Notes under the pieces: generated by a model | What the model saw: the letters and a program-made list of their open reading frames with translations, nothing else | What the model was told of the DNA's origin: nothing | Databases searched by the model: none | Assembly (NCBI GenBank): GCA_030265965.1 | Contig: JAJDHA010000003.1 | Coordinates: 4,418 to 68,417 of the forward strand | Reading direction: 5' to 3' | Source: Odoribacter sp. OttesenSCG-928-L07 | GTDB taxonomy: Bacteria; Bacteroidota; Bacteroidia; Bacteroidales; BM520 | DNA: 64,000 bases | Program-made: the position numbers and the translations under genes | In this document: positions 53,433-62,444 of the stretch, piece after piece | How positions within the stretch are numbered: position 1 is the stretch's first letter | Layout of the letters: every line of letters begins with the position of its first letter

Positions 53433-53696
53433 ATGAACAAATCTGAACTCATTGATTTCATGGCTGCAGAAGCCGGGATCACAAAAAAAGATGCTGGTAA
53501 AGCGTTAAATGCGTTAATGAAAGGTGTTGGAAAAGAGCTTACTAAAGGTGAAAAAGTTACCTTAGTTGGTTTTGGAACTTGGTGTGTTGTTGATAAAGCA
53601 GCTCGCACAGGTAGAAACCCAAAAACTCAACAAAAAATTACTATTCCTGCAAAGAAAGTGGTTAAATTTAAACCAGGTGCAGACTTAAAAATGTAA
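53433..53696 (+). CDS. hup: HU family DNA-binding protein
   Basis: MNKSELIDFMA...GFGTW...RTGRNPKT. TACTTTTG box upstream and a strong terminator downstream. Confidence 0.9.
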   Translation: MNKSELIDFMAAEAGITKKDAGKALNALMKGVGKELTKGEKVTLVGFGTWCVVDKAARTGRNPKTQQKITIPAKKVVKFKPGADLKM

Positions 53697-53721
53697 TTTT
53701 TTCCTAAAAAATGCTTAAAAA

Positions 53722-53755
53722 ATAGCTCTAAAATTTTTTAGAGCTATTTTTTTTT
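53722..53755 (+). terminator. Intrinsic terminator after hup
   Basis: ATAGCTCTAAAA-TTTT-TTAGAGCTAT followed by a T8 run. Confidence 0.8.
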
Positions 53756-53842
53756 ATTATAAAAATGATTGAAAACAACTATTGTGCTTAATTTTTTAAT
53801 TTTTTTAATCTTGAAATCTTGAGTTCTAAGGAAAAAATATAT

Positions 53843-53850
53843 TATCTTTG
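53843..53850 (+). promoter_or_regulatory. -7 box TATCTTTG (THX)
   Basis: 38 nt before ATG 53889. Confidence 0.5.
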
Positions 53851-53888
53851 CACAAATTTTTAATTTAAATAATAATATAAATTTTATT

Positions 53889-54005
53889 ATGGGTAAAGGC
53901 GATAAAAAAACGAAACGCGGAAAATTAATATTAGGTTCTTACGGCAATAAACGTTCTCGTAAAGACAATAAATCCGTTGACGGTAACAAAGAAATAACAG
54001 AATAG
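53889..54005 (+). CDS. 30S ribosomal protein THX
   Basis: 38-aa ORF absent from the ORF track: MGKGDKKTKRGKLILGSYGNKRSRK.... The N-terminus matches the THX family. TATCTTTG box 38 nt upstream. Confidence 0.7.
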   Translation: MGKGDKKTKRGKLILGSYGNKRSRKDNKSVDGNKEITE

Positions 54006-54049
54006 TTCATATACTGGTTCTATTTGTAAAGGTTAAGATGCTTAGCAAC

Positions 54050-55330
54050 TTAACCTTTATATTTTCTTATGTAGTCTTTGAAGAAATTTCCACGTTCTTC
54101 AAAGTTCTTAAAGGCATCATAACTTGATGCAGCTGGCGATAATACGCAGGATTTTCCAACCTCAGTTTCTTTAAATGCAACTTCCACAGCCTTTTCAAGA
54201 TTGTCGACAAAAATTGCCTCTGTATCCCATTTCTCTTTCAGAATCTTCTCTATTCGCTTCCCTGCTTCTCCCATTAAAATAATATTTCTAATATCTGAAT
54301 TTGCTATAAAGCGGCATAGTTTGTTATAGTTGATCCCTCTGTCATATCCTCCAAGAATAACTGTATCAACATCTTTGATGGTTTCAAATGCTGCTATCGC
54401 AGCTTCTGGAATTGTGGAAATTGAATCATTGTAAAATTTAATTCCGAAAAAATTACCAACAAATTCTAATCTGTGATCCAATGACTTAAAACTAATGATA
54501 CTATTGTCAATTTTGTCTTCTTCAATGTTGAAAATTTGTGCAACTTCTTTTACTGCTGCAATATTCTTTTTATTGTGTTCACCTTGTAAATCGCCTTGAA
54601 TCTCAATGCTTTCATCGTTTAAAAAGATAATGTCACCTTTGTAATCTTCTAATCTATAATCTATCTTTTCTATATTTCTATCAGTAATTAGTATCGAATT
54701 ATTCTTCTGTTTCTCAAAGATTTTGCATTTTGCATTAATGTAATTTTCAAAGTTACCAAAATGATCTAAATGTTCTTCATAAATATTTAATAAAATCGAA
54801 ATTTTGGGGGCAATATTGATGTGATTTAGTTGATGAGCTGATAATTCAAGAACAATTATCGTATTATCATCAATTTTATCTAATTGCGAAAATATTGGAA
54901 TGCCAATATTACCTGCTAAAATTGAATTATGCCCGTCTTGCTTTAATATATGATGAATTAAACTTGATGTTGTGCTTTTGCCCTTAGTGCCTGTAATGCC
55001 AATAGTTTGCGTGTAATATTTTCTTAAAAAAAGATCAGTTTGCGATGTTATTTTTTCAACGGAAATATTCTCAATATGTTTCTCCGGAATACCTGGAGAT
55101 TTAATAATTAAATCAAAATTTTTAAGATTCTCATTGTAGTTTTCTCCACAAAAAGTTTTGTGTTTTAGTTTGATTTCCTCTGAGATAGCATTTTCATTTG
55201 CATCTGCAATACTGAGTCTTTCATTGTCAATAAAACGAGTAAGATATTCGTAAGTCGATTTACCTTCTTTGCCGAAACCGAGAATCAAAATTTGTTTCCC
55301 GTCGAAAAGTTTTGAAATTAGTTTTTGCAT
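54050..55330 (-). CDS. MurD-family UDP-MurNAc-L-Ala--glutamate ligase, candidate MurD2 (L-Glu adding) type
   Basis: 426 aa. GITGTKGKSTT P-loop. N-terminal ILILGFGKEGKSTYEYL. Lies outside any dcw-type cluster and overlaps the upstream PP-loop gene by 13 nt. Confidence 0.75.
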   Translation of the reverse strand: MQKLISKLFDGKQILILGFGKEGKSTYEYLTRFIDNERLSIADANENAISEEIKLKHKTFCGENYNENLKNFDLIIKSPGIPEKHIENISVEKITSQTDLFLRKYYTQTIGITGTKGKSTTSSLIHHILKQDGHNSILAGNIGIPIFSQLDKIDDNTIIVLELSAHQLNHINIAPKISILLNIYEEHLDHFGNFENYINAKCKIFEKQKNNSILITDRNIEKIDYRLEDYKGDIIFLNDESIEIQGDLQGEHNKKNIAAVKEVAQIFNIEEDKIDNSIISFKSLDHRLEFVGNFFGIKFYNDSISTIPEAAIAAFETIKDVDTVILGGYDRGINYNKLCRFIANSDIRNIILMGEAGKRIEKILKEKWDTEAIFVDNLEKAVEVAFKETEVGKSCVLSPAASSYDAFKNFEERGNFFKDYIRKYKG

Positions 55331-56646
55331 GATAATTCTTTGGGAATAAAGTTTTTGTCGTTGTCGGAATTAATTATTTCGTCGAAAATTTTAAGATCAC
55401 TTTCTAAGTTGATTTGTTTTAAATATGGAATTAAAATACCTATTGCTTCATTTTCGGATAAATATTTTGCTAATGCAGCACGAGTTTCTGAGATTGTTCC
55501 GACACACTCAAAAGGCTTTGTTTCGGAAAATCCGGTTAGTTGGAATAATGTTTCTTGTAAATTGTCATTCAGCAATAAATCATTACCAAAGATATCAATC
55601 AATTCATCTTTACATAAAAATGGCAATAACATGATATAAACAAAAAGGCACTTTGGACAATTTCCGCACCAGCGATCTTCTTTACTCCCGACATTACAAC
55701 TTCTAAAATGTTTGTGATATTCCTTTAATAGTGCAAATCTTTGAGCAATCTGTAATTCCTGTAAATTTCTTAAGTAGCTGAAATAGTTAAAGTTTTCTGA
55801 TAAATATTTTGAATAATAATTTCTAAAAGCCGATTCAAAATGTATTGTTTTTGAATATTGATGATTGATGATATCATCATTACCTATATTTACAGTTGAT
55901 TCATTAGCGCTTGCTTCATTTGAAAGTGCAATATATTTTGACGATGTCATTAAGCTTGCGATTAATGTCGTAAATGCGACCATTGCAGAAAATGGAGTAT
56001 GTCCGTTCAAATATCCTTGCGCGTTTAATTCCAGAAGTTTAGGATGGATTTTTCTATCTACAATGATACAATTATTAGAATCGAAGCCGGCAATTCTTAT
56101 TGTATCAAGCATCGATTTATTAGGATTTATTAAATAAGGTATGACCGGCAGTTTTGATTTTAGTAACTCAATGCTCACGATAGAATCTTTGCCTCCGCCA
56201 ATTGGAACAATTGCTCTTGAATCAAACTTTATAGTATCATAGGTTTTCTCGTTCTTAGTTTTTTTGTCTGTTGTAATATTGATGAAGTCTTCAAGCGATG
56301 TTTTAATGTTATTACAATATCTAAATTCACCGAGTCCGTAATAAAATAATTCTTTCCACCATTTGATTTGGATTTGGTTGAGATAACCACAATCGATAAA
56401 ATAATCTTTACAACAAGCAGCTTTCCAATAGCTAATACTTTCAACAATACCCAAATTAAAAATTAAAGAATCTAATAAATCCTTATCGAAATTATTGTTG
56501 AAATATTTTTCAGGAAAAACAAACTTTAATGATGGAGAGAATTCATGTGTCGTTTTGTTCACTATTAATTCAAAATCATACCTTATATATAAGGTATTGT
56601 ATTCAAAAATATAGGAATAATTTTTATAATTAAAAATCGACTTCAT
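55318..56646 (-). CDS. PP-loop-like ATP pyrophosphatase-fold protein with CxxCxxC, candidate MurL-type UDP-MurNAc-L-Ala-L-Glu epimerase
   Basis: 442 aa. IVPIGGGKDSIV (SGGxDS-like PP-loop) and RSCNVGSKEDRWCGNCPKC. Translationally coupled to the MurD-like gene. The specific function is an inference. Confidence 0.5.
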   Translation of the reverse strand: MKSIFNYKNYSYIFEYNTLYIRYDFELIVNKTTHEFSPSLKFVFPEKYFNNNFDKDLLDSLIFNLGIVESISYWKAACCKDYFIDCGYLNQIQIKWWKELFYYGLGEFRYCNNIKTSLEDFINITTDKKTKNEKTYDTIKFDSRAIVPIGGGKDSIVSIELLKSKLPVIPYLINPNKSMLDTIRIAGFDSNNCIIVDRKIHPKLLELNAQGYLNGHTPFSAMVAFTTLIASLMTSSKYIALSNEASANESTVNIGNDDIINHQYSKTIHFESAFRNYYSKYLSENFNYFSYLRNLQELQIAQRFALLKEYHKHFRSCNVGSKEDRWCGNCPKCLFVYIMLLPFLCKDELIDIFGNDLLLNDNLQETLFQLTGFSETKPFECVGTISETRAALAKYLSENEAIGILIPYLKQINLESDLKIFDEIINSDNDKNFIPKELSCKN

Positions 56647-56679
56647 AACCTAATAACAAAACTTTATAAAAAATATTGT

Positions 56680-56717
56680 AAAAAAACCGGCATACTATAA
56701 AAGATAATATGCCGGTC
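56680..56717 (-). terminator. Intrinsic terminator after ppdK
   Basis: Stem CCGGCATA / TATGCCGG (56687-56694 and 56709-56716). On the minus strand it is followed by TTTTTTT. Confidence 0.7.
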
Positions 56718-56751
56718 ATTAAAATTTTTTATTAAAAACAAAAAACCTATT

Positions 56752-59478
56752 TTACTTTTTATTTCTTCTTTCTTTAATTGCGGATTGTGCAGCAGCTAAA
56801 CGAGCTACAGGCACCCTGAAAGGAGAACATGAAACATAGTTGAAGCCTGTATTAAAGAAAAATTCTATTGATGCAGGGTCTCCACCGTGTTCACCGCAAA
56901 CACCTACTTTAAGGTCTTTACGAGTTTTGCGACCTCTTTCTGTTCCGATTTGAACAAGTTGACCTACGCCTTCTTGGTCTAATGTGTTGAAAGGATCACT
57001 TGGGATGATTTTCTCTTCCATGTAGGTGTTAACTATTGTGTTAACGTCGTCACGAGAGAATCCGAAAGTCATTTGAGTTAAATCGTTTGTTCCGAAAGAG
57101 AAAAATTCTGCAACTTCTGCAATTTGGTCAGCAACCAAAGTAGCGCGTGGAATTTCAATCATAGTACCGAACATGTAATCTATTTTAACGCCTCTTGAGT
57201 TTTCAACTTCTTTTTGAACTCTATCAGCGATAGCTTTTTGATGTTGCAATTCCTTAACATTGATTGTCAATGGAACCATTATTTCTAATTTTGGATTTTT
57301 TCCTTCTTTCATAAGATCTGCAGTTGCTTCAAATAAAGCTCTGAACTGCATTTCTGTGATTTCCGGATAAACAATACCAAGGCGAACACCACGTAAGCCC
57401 ATCATAGGATTTACTTCGTGTAAAGCATCAATACGTTGTTTGATTGTTTCGTAAGTCATTCCTTTTTTAGCTGCAAGAGCTTTTTGAGCTTCAGGAGTTT
57501 GAGGAACAAACTCATGCAATGGAGGATCCATTAAACGGAAAGTAAGAGGTTTGCCATTCATAACAGCTAATGTTCCTTTAGCAGTATCGTAAACGAAAGG
57601 TTCAAGTTCGTTAAGAGCTTTAATACGTTCGTCAATATCACCTGCTAAAATCATATCACGAAGTTTTGCCAATGGCTCTTCGCTATTTTTGCCGTAGAAC
57701 ATGTGTTCGATTCTGAATAATCCAATACCTTCAGCGCCAAAGTTAATAGCGTTTTGAGCATCTTCAGGAGTATCAGCATTTGTGCGAACACCAATTGTAC
57801 GGAATTCGTCAACAATGTTCATGAACTCTTGGAAACGTGGATTTTCGCTTGCGTCAACCATTTTGATTGCGCCTTCGTAAACCCAACCTTTTGATCCGTT
57901 CAAACTTAATGTATCGCCTTCTTTATATTCTTTGCCATGAATTTTGATGCTATTGTTTTTCAAATCGATATGTATTGCTTCGCAACCTACGATACAGCAT
58001 TTTCCCCAACCGCGAGCAACGAGAGCAGCGTGAGAAGTCATACCGCCACGAGCAGTAAGAATACCATCAGCAGCGCGCATACCTTCAACGTCCTCAGGAT
58101 TAGTTTCTTCGCGAACTAAAATATTAGGAATGTTTTTAGCTTTGTATTCTAAAGCTTTTTCACAAGTTAAAGCTATTTTACCAACAGAACCACCAGGTCC
58201 AGCAGGTAAACCTTTAGCAATAACATCATGTTTTTTCTCATCATTTCCATCCAGAATAGGGTGGAGTAACTCATCTAATTGATTGGAAGAAACTCTCATA
58301 ACCACTTCTTCTCTGCTGATATGTTTTTGAGCTAACATATCAAGAGCGATATTCATTGCAGCTAATCCGGTACGTTTACCAACACGGCATTGTAACATGT
58401 AAAGTTTGTTTTCTTGGATAGTAAACTCGATATCAAGCATATCATGATAATGGTTTTCCAAAATGTTACGAATGTCAACAAGTTCTTTATATGTTTCGGG
58501 CATAAGCTCTTGCATTGAGTGCAAGTGAGCGTTTTGCTCGTTTTTAGTATCATTGTTTAATGGGTTTGGAGTACGAATACCGGCAACTACGTCTTCACCT
58601 TGTGCATTGATAAGCCATTCGCCGTAGAATTGATCTTCGCCGGTAGCAGGATTACGAGTAAATGCAACGCCGGTAGCAGAGTTATCGCCCATATTACCGA
58701 AAACCATTGCTTGAACGTTTACCGCAGTTCCCCATTCATCAGGAATACCTTCGATTCTTCTGTAAGATACAGCTTTGTTACCATTCCAGCTTTTGAAAAC
58801 AGCCTTTATTCCCCCAACTAATTGGTCTTTAGCGTTGTCTGGGAATTCAGTGCCTAATACTTCTTTAATTTTAGCTTTAAAAATATTAGCTAATTGAAGT
58901 AGTTCATCAGCAGTAATGTCAGTATCTGATTTATATCCTTTAGAAGTTTTAAATTCATCAAGAATTTCGTCTAATATTTTACGGATTCCTTTGCCTTCAG
59001 CTGGTTCTAAGCCTTCAGCTTTTTCCATAACAACGTCGGCATACATCATAATTAAACGACGGTATGAATCGTAAACAAAACGAGGATTATCAGTTTTTTT
59101 AATAAGTCCGGGGATAGTTTTTGAACTAAGACCGATATTTAAAACAGTGTCCATCATACCCGGCATAGAAGTTCTTGCACCAGAGCGACAAGAAAGTAAT
59201 AATGGGTTATCAGGATCATCGTATTTAAGTCCCATAGCAGATTCAACCTTTGTCATAGCTTCCCAAACGTCATCCATTAAAGAAGCTGGAAGTTGATTGT
59301 TGTTTTCGTAATAAGCTGTGCAGCATTCTGTTGTAATAGTTAAGCCGGCAGGTACCGGCAATCCGAGAAGACACATCTCTGCAAGGTTGGCACCTTTTCC
59401 GCCTAATAAGTTCTTCATTTCGGCTTTTCCTTCGGCAGTTTTTCCTCCGAAGTAATAAACATACTTAATCTTTGTCAT
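56752..59478 (-). CDS. ppdK: Pyruvate, phosphate dikinase
   Basis: 908 aa. Phosphohistidine GGMTSHAALVARG and PEP-utilising GVCGEHGGDP. Confidence 0.95.
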   Translation of the reverse strand: MTKIKYVYYFGGKTAEGKAEMKNLLGGKGANLAEMCLLGLPVPAGLTITTECCTAYYENNNQLPASLMDDVWEAMTKVESAMGLKYDDPDNPLLLSCRSGARTSMPGMMDTVLNIGLSSKTIPGLIKKTDNPRFVYDSYRRLIMMYADVVMEKAEGLEPAEGKGIRKILDEILDEFKTSKGYKSDTDITADELLQLANIFKAKIKEVLGTEFPDNAKDQLVGGIKAVFKSWNGNKAVSYRRIEGIPDEWGTAVNVQAMVFGNMGDNSATGVAFTRNPATGEDQFYGEWLINAQGEDVVAGIRTPNPLNNDTKNEQNAHLHSMQELMPETYKELVDIRNILENHYHDMLDIEFTIQENKLYMLQCRVGKRTGLAAMNIALDMLAQKHISREEVVMRVSSNQLDELLHPILDGNDEKKHDVIAKGLPAGPGGSVGKIALTCEKALEYKAKNIPNILVREETNPEDVEGMRAADGILTARGGMTSHAALVARGWGKCCIVGCEAIHIDLKNNSIKIHGKEYKEGDTLSLNGSKGWVYEGAIKMVDASENPRFQEFMNIVDEFRTIGVRTNADTPEDAQNAINFGAEGIGLFRIEHMFYGKNSEEPLAKLRDMILAGDIDERIKALNELEPFVYDTAKGTLAVMNGKPLTFRLMDPPLHEFVPQTPEAQKALAAKKGMTYETIKQRIDALHEVNPMMGLRGVRLGIVYPEITEMQFRALFEATADLMKEGKNPKLEIMVPLTINVKELQHQKAIADRVQKEVENSRGVKIDYMFGTMIEIPRATLVADQIAEVAEFFSFGTNDLTQMTFGFSRDDVNTIVNTYMEEKIIPSDPFNTLDQEGVGQLVQIGTERGRKTRKDLKVGVCGEHGGDPASIEFFFNTGFNYVSCSPFRVPVARLAAAQSAIKERRNKK

Positions 59479-59545
59479 TGAAATAATATTTTAATTTGAT
59501 TATTAATATTTTATCGGTATGAAACCATATTAATTTTTCAGGCTG

Positions 59546-59553
59546 CAAATATA
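59546..59553 (-). promoter_or_regulatory. -7 box TATATTTG (ppdK)
   Basis: Reverse complement of CAAATATA, 67 nt before the ATG. Confidence 0.45.
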
Positions 59554-59597
59554 CAAAAATTAATTGAGAATGGAGAGTGGGGAATTGAGAATATTAA

Positions 59598-60173
59598 TTA
59601 AACCATTTCCAAATCTTTGAACATCTTGCGATACAAAGTCGCTTTTTCTTCTATCGATTTCGGATAAGCGCGAGAGGTAGATGGCATTCTGTATATCTTC
59701 AATTCTCTGTTGTTGATATTAACATTTGAAAAATTACCAATTTTTGGTTCGGGAAAGTTTAGAATAGTTAATAAAGTTTCCATTGCTTTTGCTCCGGTTA
59801 ATGCTAATGCTTGACATTCCGGTATTTGGCCTAAAACTTTTTCCGGAGAAAATGCTTTTGTTATTTGCAAAAATTTGTCGGATGCATTATCGTTCAACCT
59901 AATGACATTCATTGCCGTATCGCCTAAACCAATGCCTTTGAGCTGACAAAAACTTGCAGCTCTGTCTCTGTCAAAAGATTTTTGGTTTTCCTTGATAAAA
60001 TGATTCTTGTCGTTATAAAATATCAAACCCATTATTCGCCACATATCGTTTTGAAAATTTGGGTAATAAAAATTCATCGACCATCGCTTCTGTTGCGGAG
60101 GAAAACTGCCGAGCATTAATATCTTTGTGTTTTTTGGCAAGAAAAACCCGAGAGGATGTGCTTCATTTGTCAT
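59598..60173 (-). CDS. Uracil-DNA glycosylase superfamily protein (deoxyinosine/uracil glycosylase-like)
   Basis: 191 aa. ILMLGSFPP near the N-terminus and PSTSRAY near the C-terminus are typical of small UDG-superfamily members. Confidence 0.65.
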   Translation of the reverse strand: MTNEAHPLGFFLPKNTKILMLGSFPPQQKRWSMNFYYPNFQNDMWRIMGLIFYNDKNHFIKENQKSFDRDRAASFCQLKGIGLGDTAMNVIRLNDNASDKFLQITKAFSPEKVLGQIPECQALALTGAKAMETLLTILNFPEPKIGNFSNVNINNRELKIYRMPSTSRAYPKSIEEKATLYRKMFKDLEMV

Positions 60174-60213
60174 TTTTGAAATTTTTTGTAAAAGTAATTG
60201 TTATTTGTGAAAT

Positions 60214-60249
60214 ATAGACAGAATGACAGAATTTTCAGAATTAACAGAA
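60214..60249 (+). repeat. 37-bp boundary element
   Basis: ATAGACAGAATGACAGAATTTTCAGAATTAACAGAA. Confidence 0.9.
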
Positions 60250-60283
60250 AAATTTATAGGAGAAGGTATATGCGTTTGCACTT

Positions 60284-60348
60284 AGTCCCCTTTAGGGGAT
60301 TTAGGGGCAAACAAGATCAAAAAGTCCCCTTTAGGGGATTTAGAGGCA
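60284..60348 (+). repeat. Two copies of the 27-bp hairpin element 13 bp apart
   Basis: 60284-60309 and 60323-60348 (second copy has TAGAGGCA). They lie between the boundary element and the promoter cassette. Confidence 0.9.
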
Positions 60349-60354
60349 ATAAAT

Positions 60355-60397
60355 TTTCAATTTTCAACTTTCAACTTTCAACTATTTGCTATCTTTG
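60355..60397 (+). promoter_or_regulatory. Heptad promoter cassette driving the GT2 fusion gene
   Basis: TTCAATTTTCAACTTTCAACTTTCAACTATTTGCTATCTTTG, ATG 23 nt downstream. Confidence 0.65.
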
Positions 60398-60420
60398 CAG
60401 TTTGGTCAGAATAAATAAAA

Positions 60421-62379
60421 ATGAGATTATCTGTAGTAATTGTCAATTATAACGTTAAGTATTTCCTTGAACAATGTTTGATATCGGTGCAAGAAGCTGT
60501 AAAGGATATTGAAAGTGAAATATTTGTTGTTGATAATAATTCTGTTGATGACTCACTTGAAATGTTGTACGAACGTTTTCCTCATATAAATATTATTGCG
60601 AATAAGGAAAATGTTGGGTTCTCAAAGGCTAACAATCAGGCGATTCGATTAGCGAAAGGCGAGTATGTTCTGTTGCTTAATCCGGATACTGTTGTAGAGC
60701 ACGATACTTTCAAAAAAATGCTGGATTTCATGGATGAACATCCTGATGCAGGCGGTCTCGGAGTGAAAATGGTTGATGGAAAAGGTAATTTTCTCCCTGA
60801 ATCTAAAAGAAGTTTGCCAACTCCTGCGGTTTCGTTTTACAAAATATTCGGACTTTCTAAACTGTTCCCTAAATCTAAAAAAATCGGCAAATATCATCTT
60901 ACTTATCTCGATAATGACCAAACTCACGAAATAGAAATCCTTGCAGGAGCTTGTATGCTCATGAGAAAGGAGGCGCTTGATAATGTTGGTCTCCTCGATG
61001 AAAGTTTCTTTATGTATGGTGAGGATATCGATTTGTCGTACAGAATTATCCTCGGCGGATACAAAAATTATTACTATCCCGAAGCTCGTATTATTCATTA
61101 CAAAGGCGAAAGCACAAAAAAAGGAAGCATGAATTATGTCTTTATGTTTTATAACGCAATGATCCTCTTTGCTAAAAAACATTTCTCCGACAAAAATGTA
61201 AAATTATATTCATTCGTCATAAATTGTGCTATTTATTTTCGTGCTTTTTTAGCTTTAATACAAAGATTCTTAAAGAAAATAATTTTGCCATTACTTGATG
61301 CAACAGTTATTTATCTTGGATTTCTCCTTATTAAACACTTCTGGGAAATTACAAAGTTTGGTTATACAGGTATTTATCCCGATTATTACGATTATATTAT
61401 TGTGCCTGCATACGTCTTGGTTTGGTTGTTATTTGCATATTTGTCAGGAGGTTACGATAAACCTGTAAAGTTAGCTCGACTTGTTCAGGGCGTTGCATTT
61501 GGAACTGTTGCAATTTTAGTTGTTTACGCGCTTCTTAATGATGAGTTTCGTCATTCGCGTTTTATGATATTACTTGGTGCAGTATGGGCAACAGGATATT
61601 TGCTTCTTTCGAGGTTAATTCTTTCCAAAGTGAAAAAATCAGGAGTGCAGCTTGCGCATCAAACGAAGAAACGAATTGCAATCGTAGGTAGCGCCTGTGA
61701 AACAGAAAGAGTTAACAGTCTGTTGGATCAAACAGGATTGAGATCCGACCATAGAATGTATATTTATAATGATGACAGTATTTGCAAAAAAGATAGCAGA
61801 TGCGTTGGTAATGTTTCTCAAATAGATGAAATTATTCATATCCATAAAATAGATGAGCTAATTTTTTGTGCAAAAGATATTTCCGCCAAAGATATTATTG
61901 ATATGATGGCATCTTTGCGAAAATACGATTTAGAATATAAAATTGCGCCGGAGGAAAGTATTTCAATTATAGGAAGTAATTCTATAAATACATCAGGAGA
62001 ATTGTATGTTGTTGATATTAATACTATTAATAAACCTGACAACAAACGAAGTAAAAGAATCTTAGATTTTTCGTTTTCAATATTATTCTTAATCTTTTCT
62101 CCAATTTTGATTTTTATTGTAAAGAAACCATTAAAAATGTTCTCAAATATTTTTTCTGTTTTGATAGGAACAAAATCTTGGGTTGGATACGAAACTTCAA
62201 AACCGGAATATTATGAAAAATTACCCAAGATAAAAAAAGGTGTATTGTCGCCGATATACGTATTTGACAAATCGATAAGAAGTTCGCTTAATATTGGGGA
62301 AATCAATTTGTTGTATGCTAAGAATTATATCATCAATAATGATCTGAGTATAATTTTTAAAGGATTAAGATATATTTAA
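60421..62379 (+). CDS. GT2 glycosyltransferase fused to a WbaP-like membrane/Rossmann region with a truncated sugar-transferase motif
   Basis: N-terminus has SVVIVNYN, DNNSVDDS, NPDT and YGEDIDLSYR. This is followed by TM helices, KRIAIVGSA, KRILDFSFSILFLIFSPILIF and GTKSWVG, but no catalytic core between them. Confidence 0.7.
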   Translation: MRLSVVIVNYNVKYFLEQCLISVQEAVKDIESEIFVVDNNSVDDSLEMLYERFPHINIIANKENVGFSKANNQAIRLAKGEYVLLLNPDTVVEHDTFKKMLDFMDEHPDAGGLGVKMVDGKGNFLPESKRSLPTPAVSFYKIFGLSKLFPKSKKIGKYHLTYLDNDQTHEIEILAGACMLMRKEALDNVGLLDESFFMYGEDIDLSYRIILGGYKNYYYPEARIIHYKGESTKKGSMNYVFMFYNAMILFAKKHFSDKNVKLYSFVINCAIYFRAFLALIQRFLKKIILPLLDATVIYLGFLLIKHFWEITKFGYTGIYPDYYDYIIVPAYVLVWLLFAYLSGGYDKPVKLARLVQGVAFGTVAILVVYALLNDEFRHSRFMILLGAVWATGYLLLSRLILSKVKKSGVQLAHQTKKRIAIVGSACETERVNSLLDQTGLRSDHRMYIYNDDSICKKDSRCVGNVSQIDEIIHIHKIDELIFCAKDISAKDIIDMMASLRKYDLEYKIAPEESISIIGSNSINTSGELYVVDINTINKPDNKRSKRILDFSFSILFLIFSPILIFIVKKPLKMFSNIFSVLIGTKSWVGYETSKPEYYEKLPKIKKGVLSPIYVFDKSIRSSLNIGEINLLYAKNYIINNDLSIIFKGLRYI

Positions 62380-62444
62380 TGCAAGAATAAAATCATAAGA
62401 ATCAAGGTTTTGTTGTTGTAATTACATGAAAATAAAGAAATAAT

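Noticed and set aside
60649-61182. Long antisense or alternative-frame ORFs inside confident genes, for example 60649-61182 (177 aa), 16165-16566, 36927-37304, 55325-55639 and 52220-52594.
   Set aside because: They are fully embedded in strongly supported CDSs, have no recognisable motifs, and are typical of AT-rich genomes where the antisense frame stays open.
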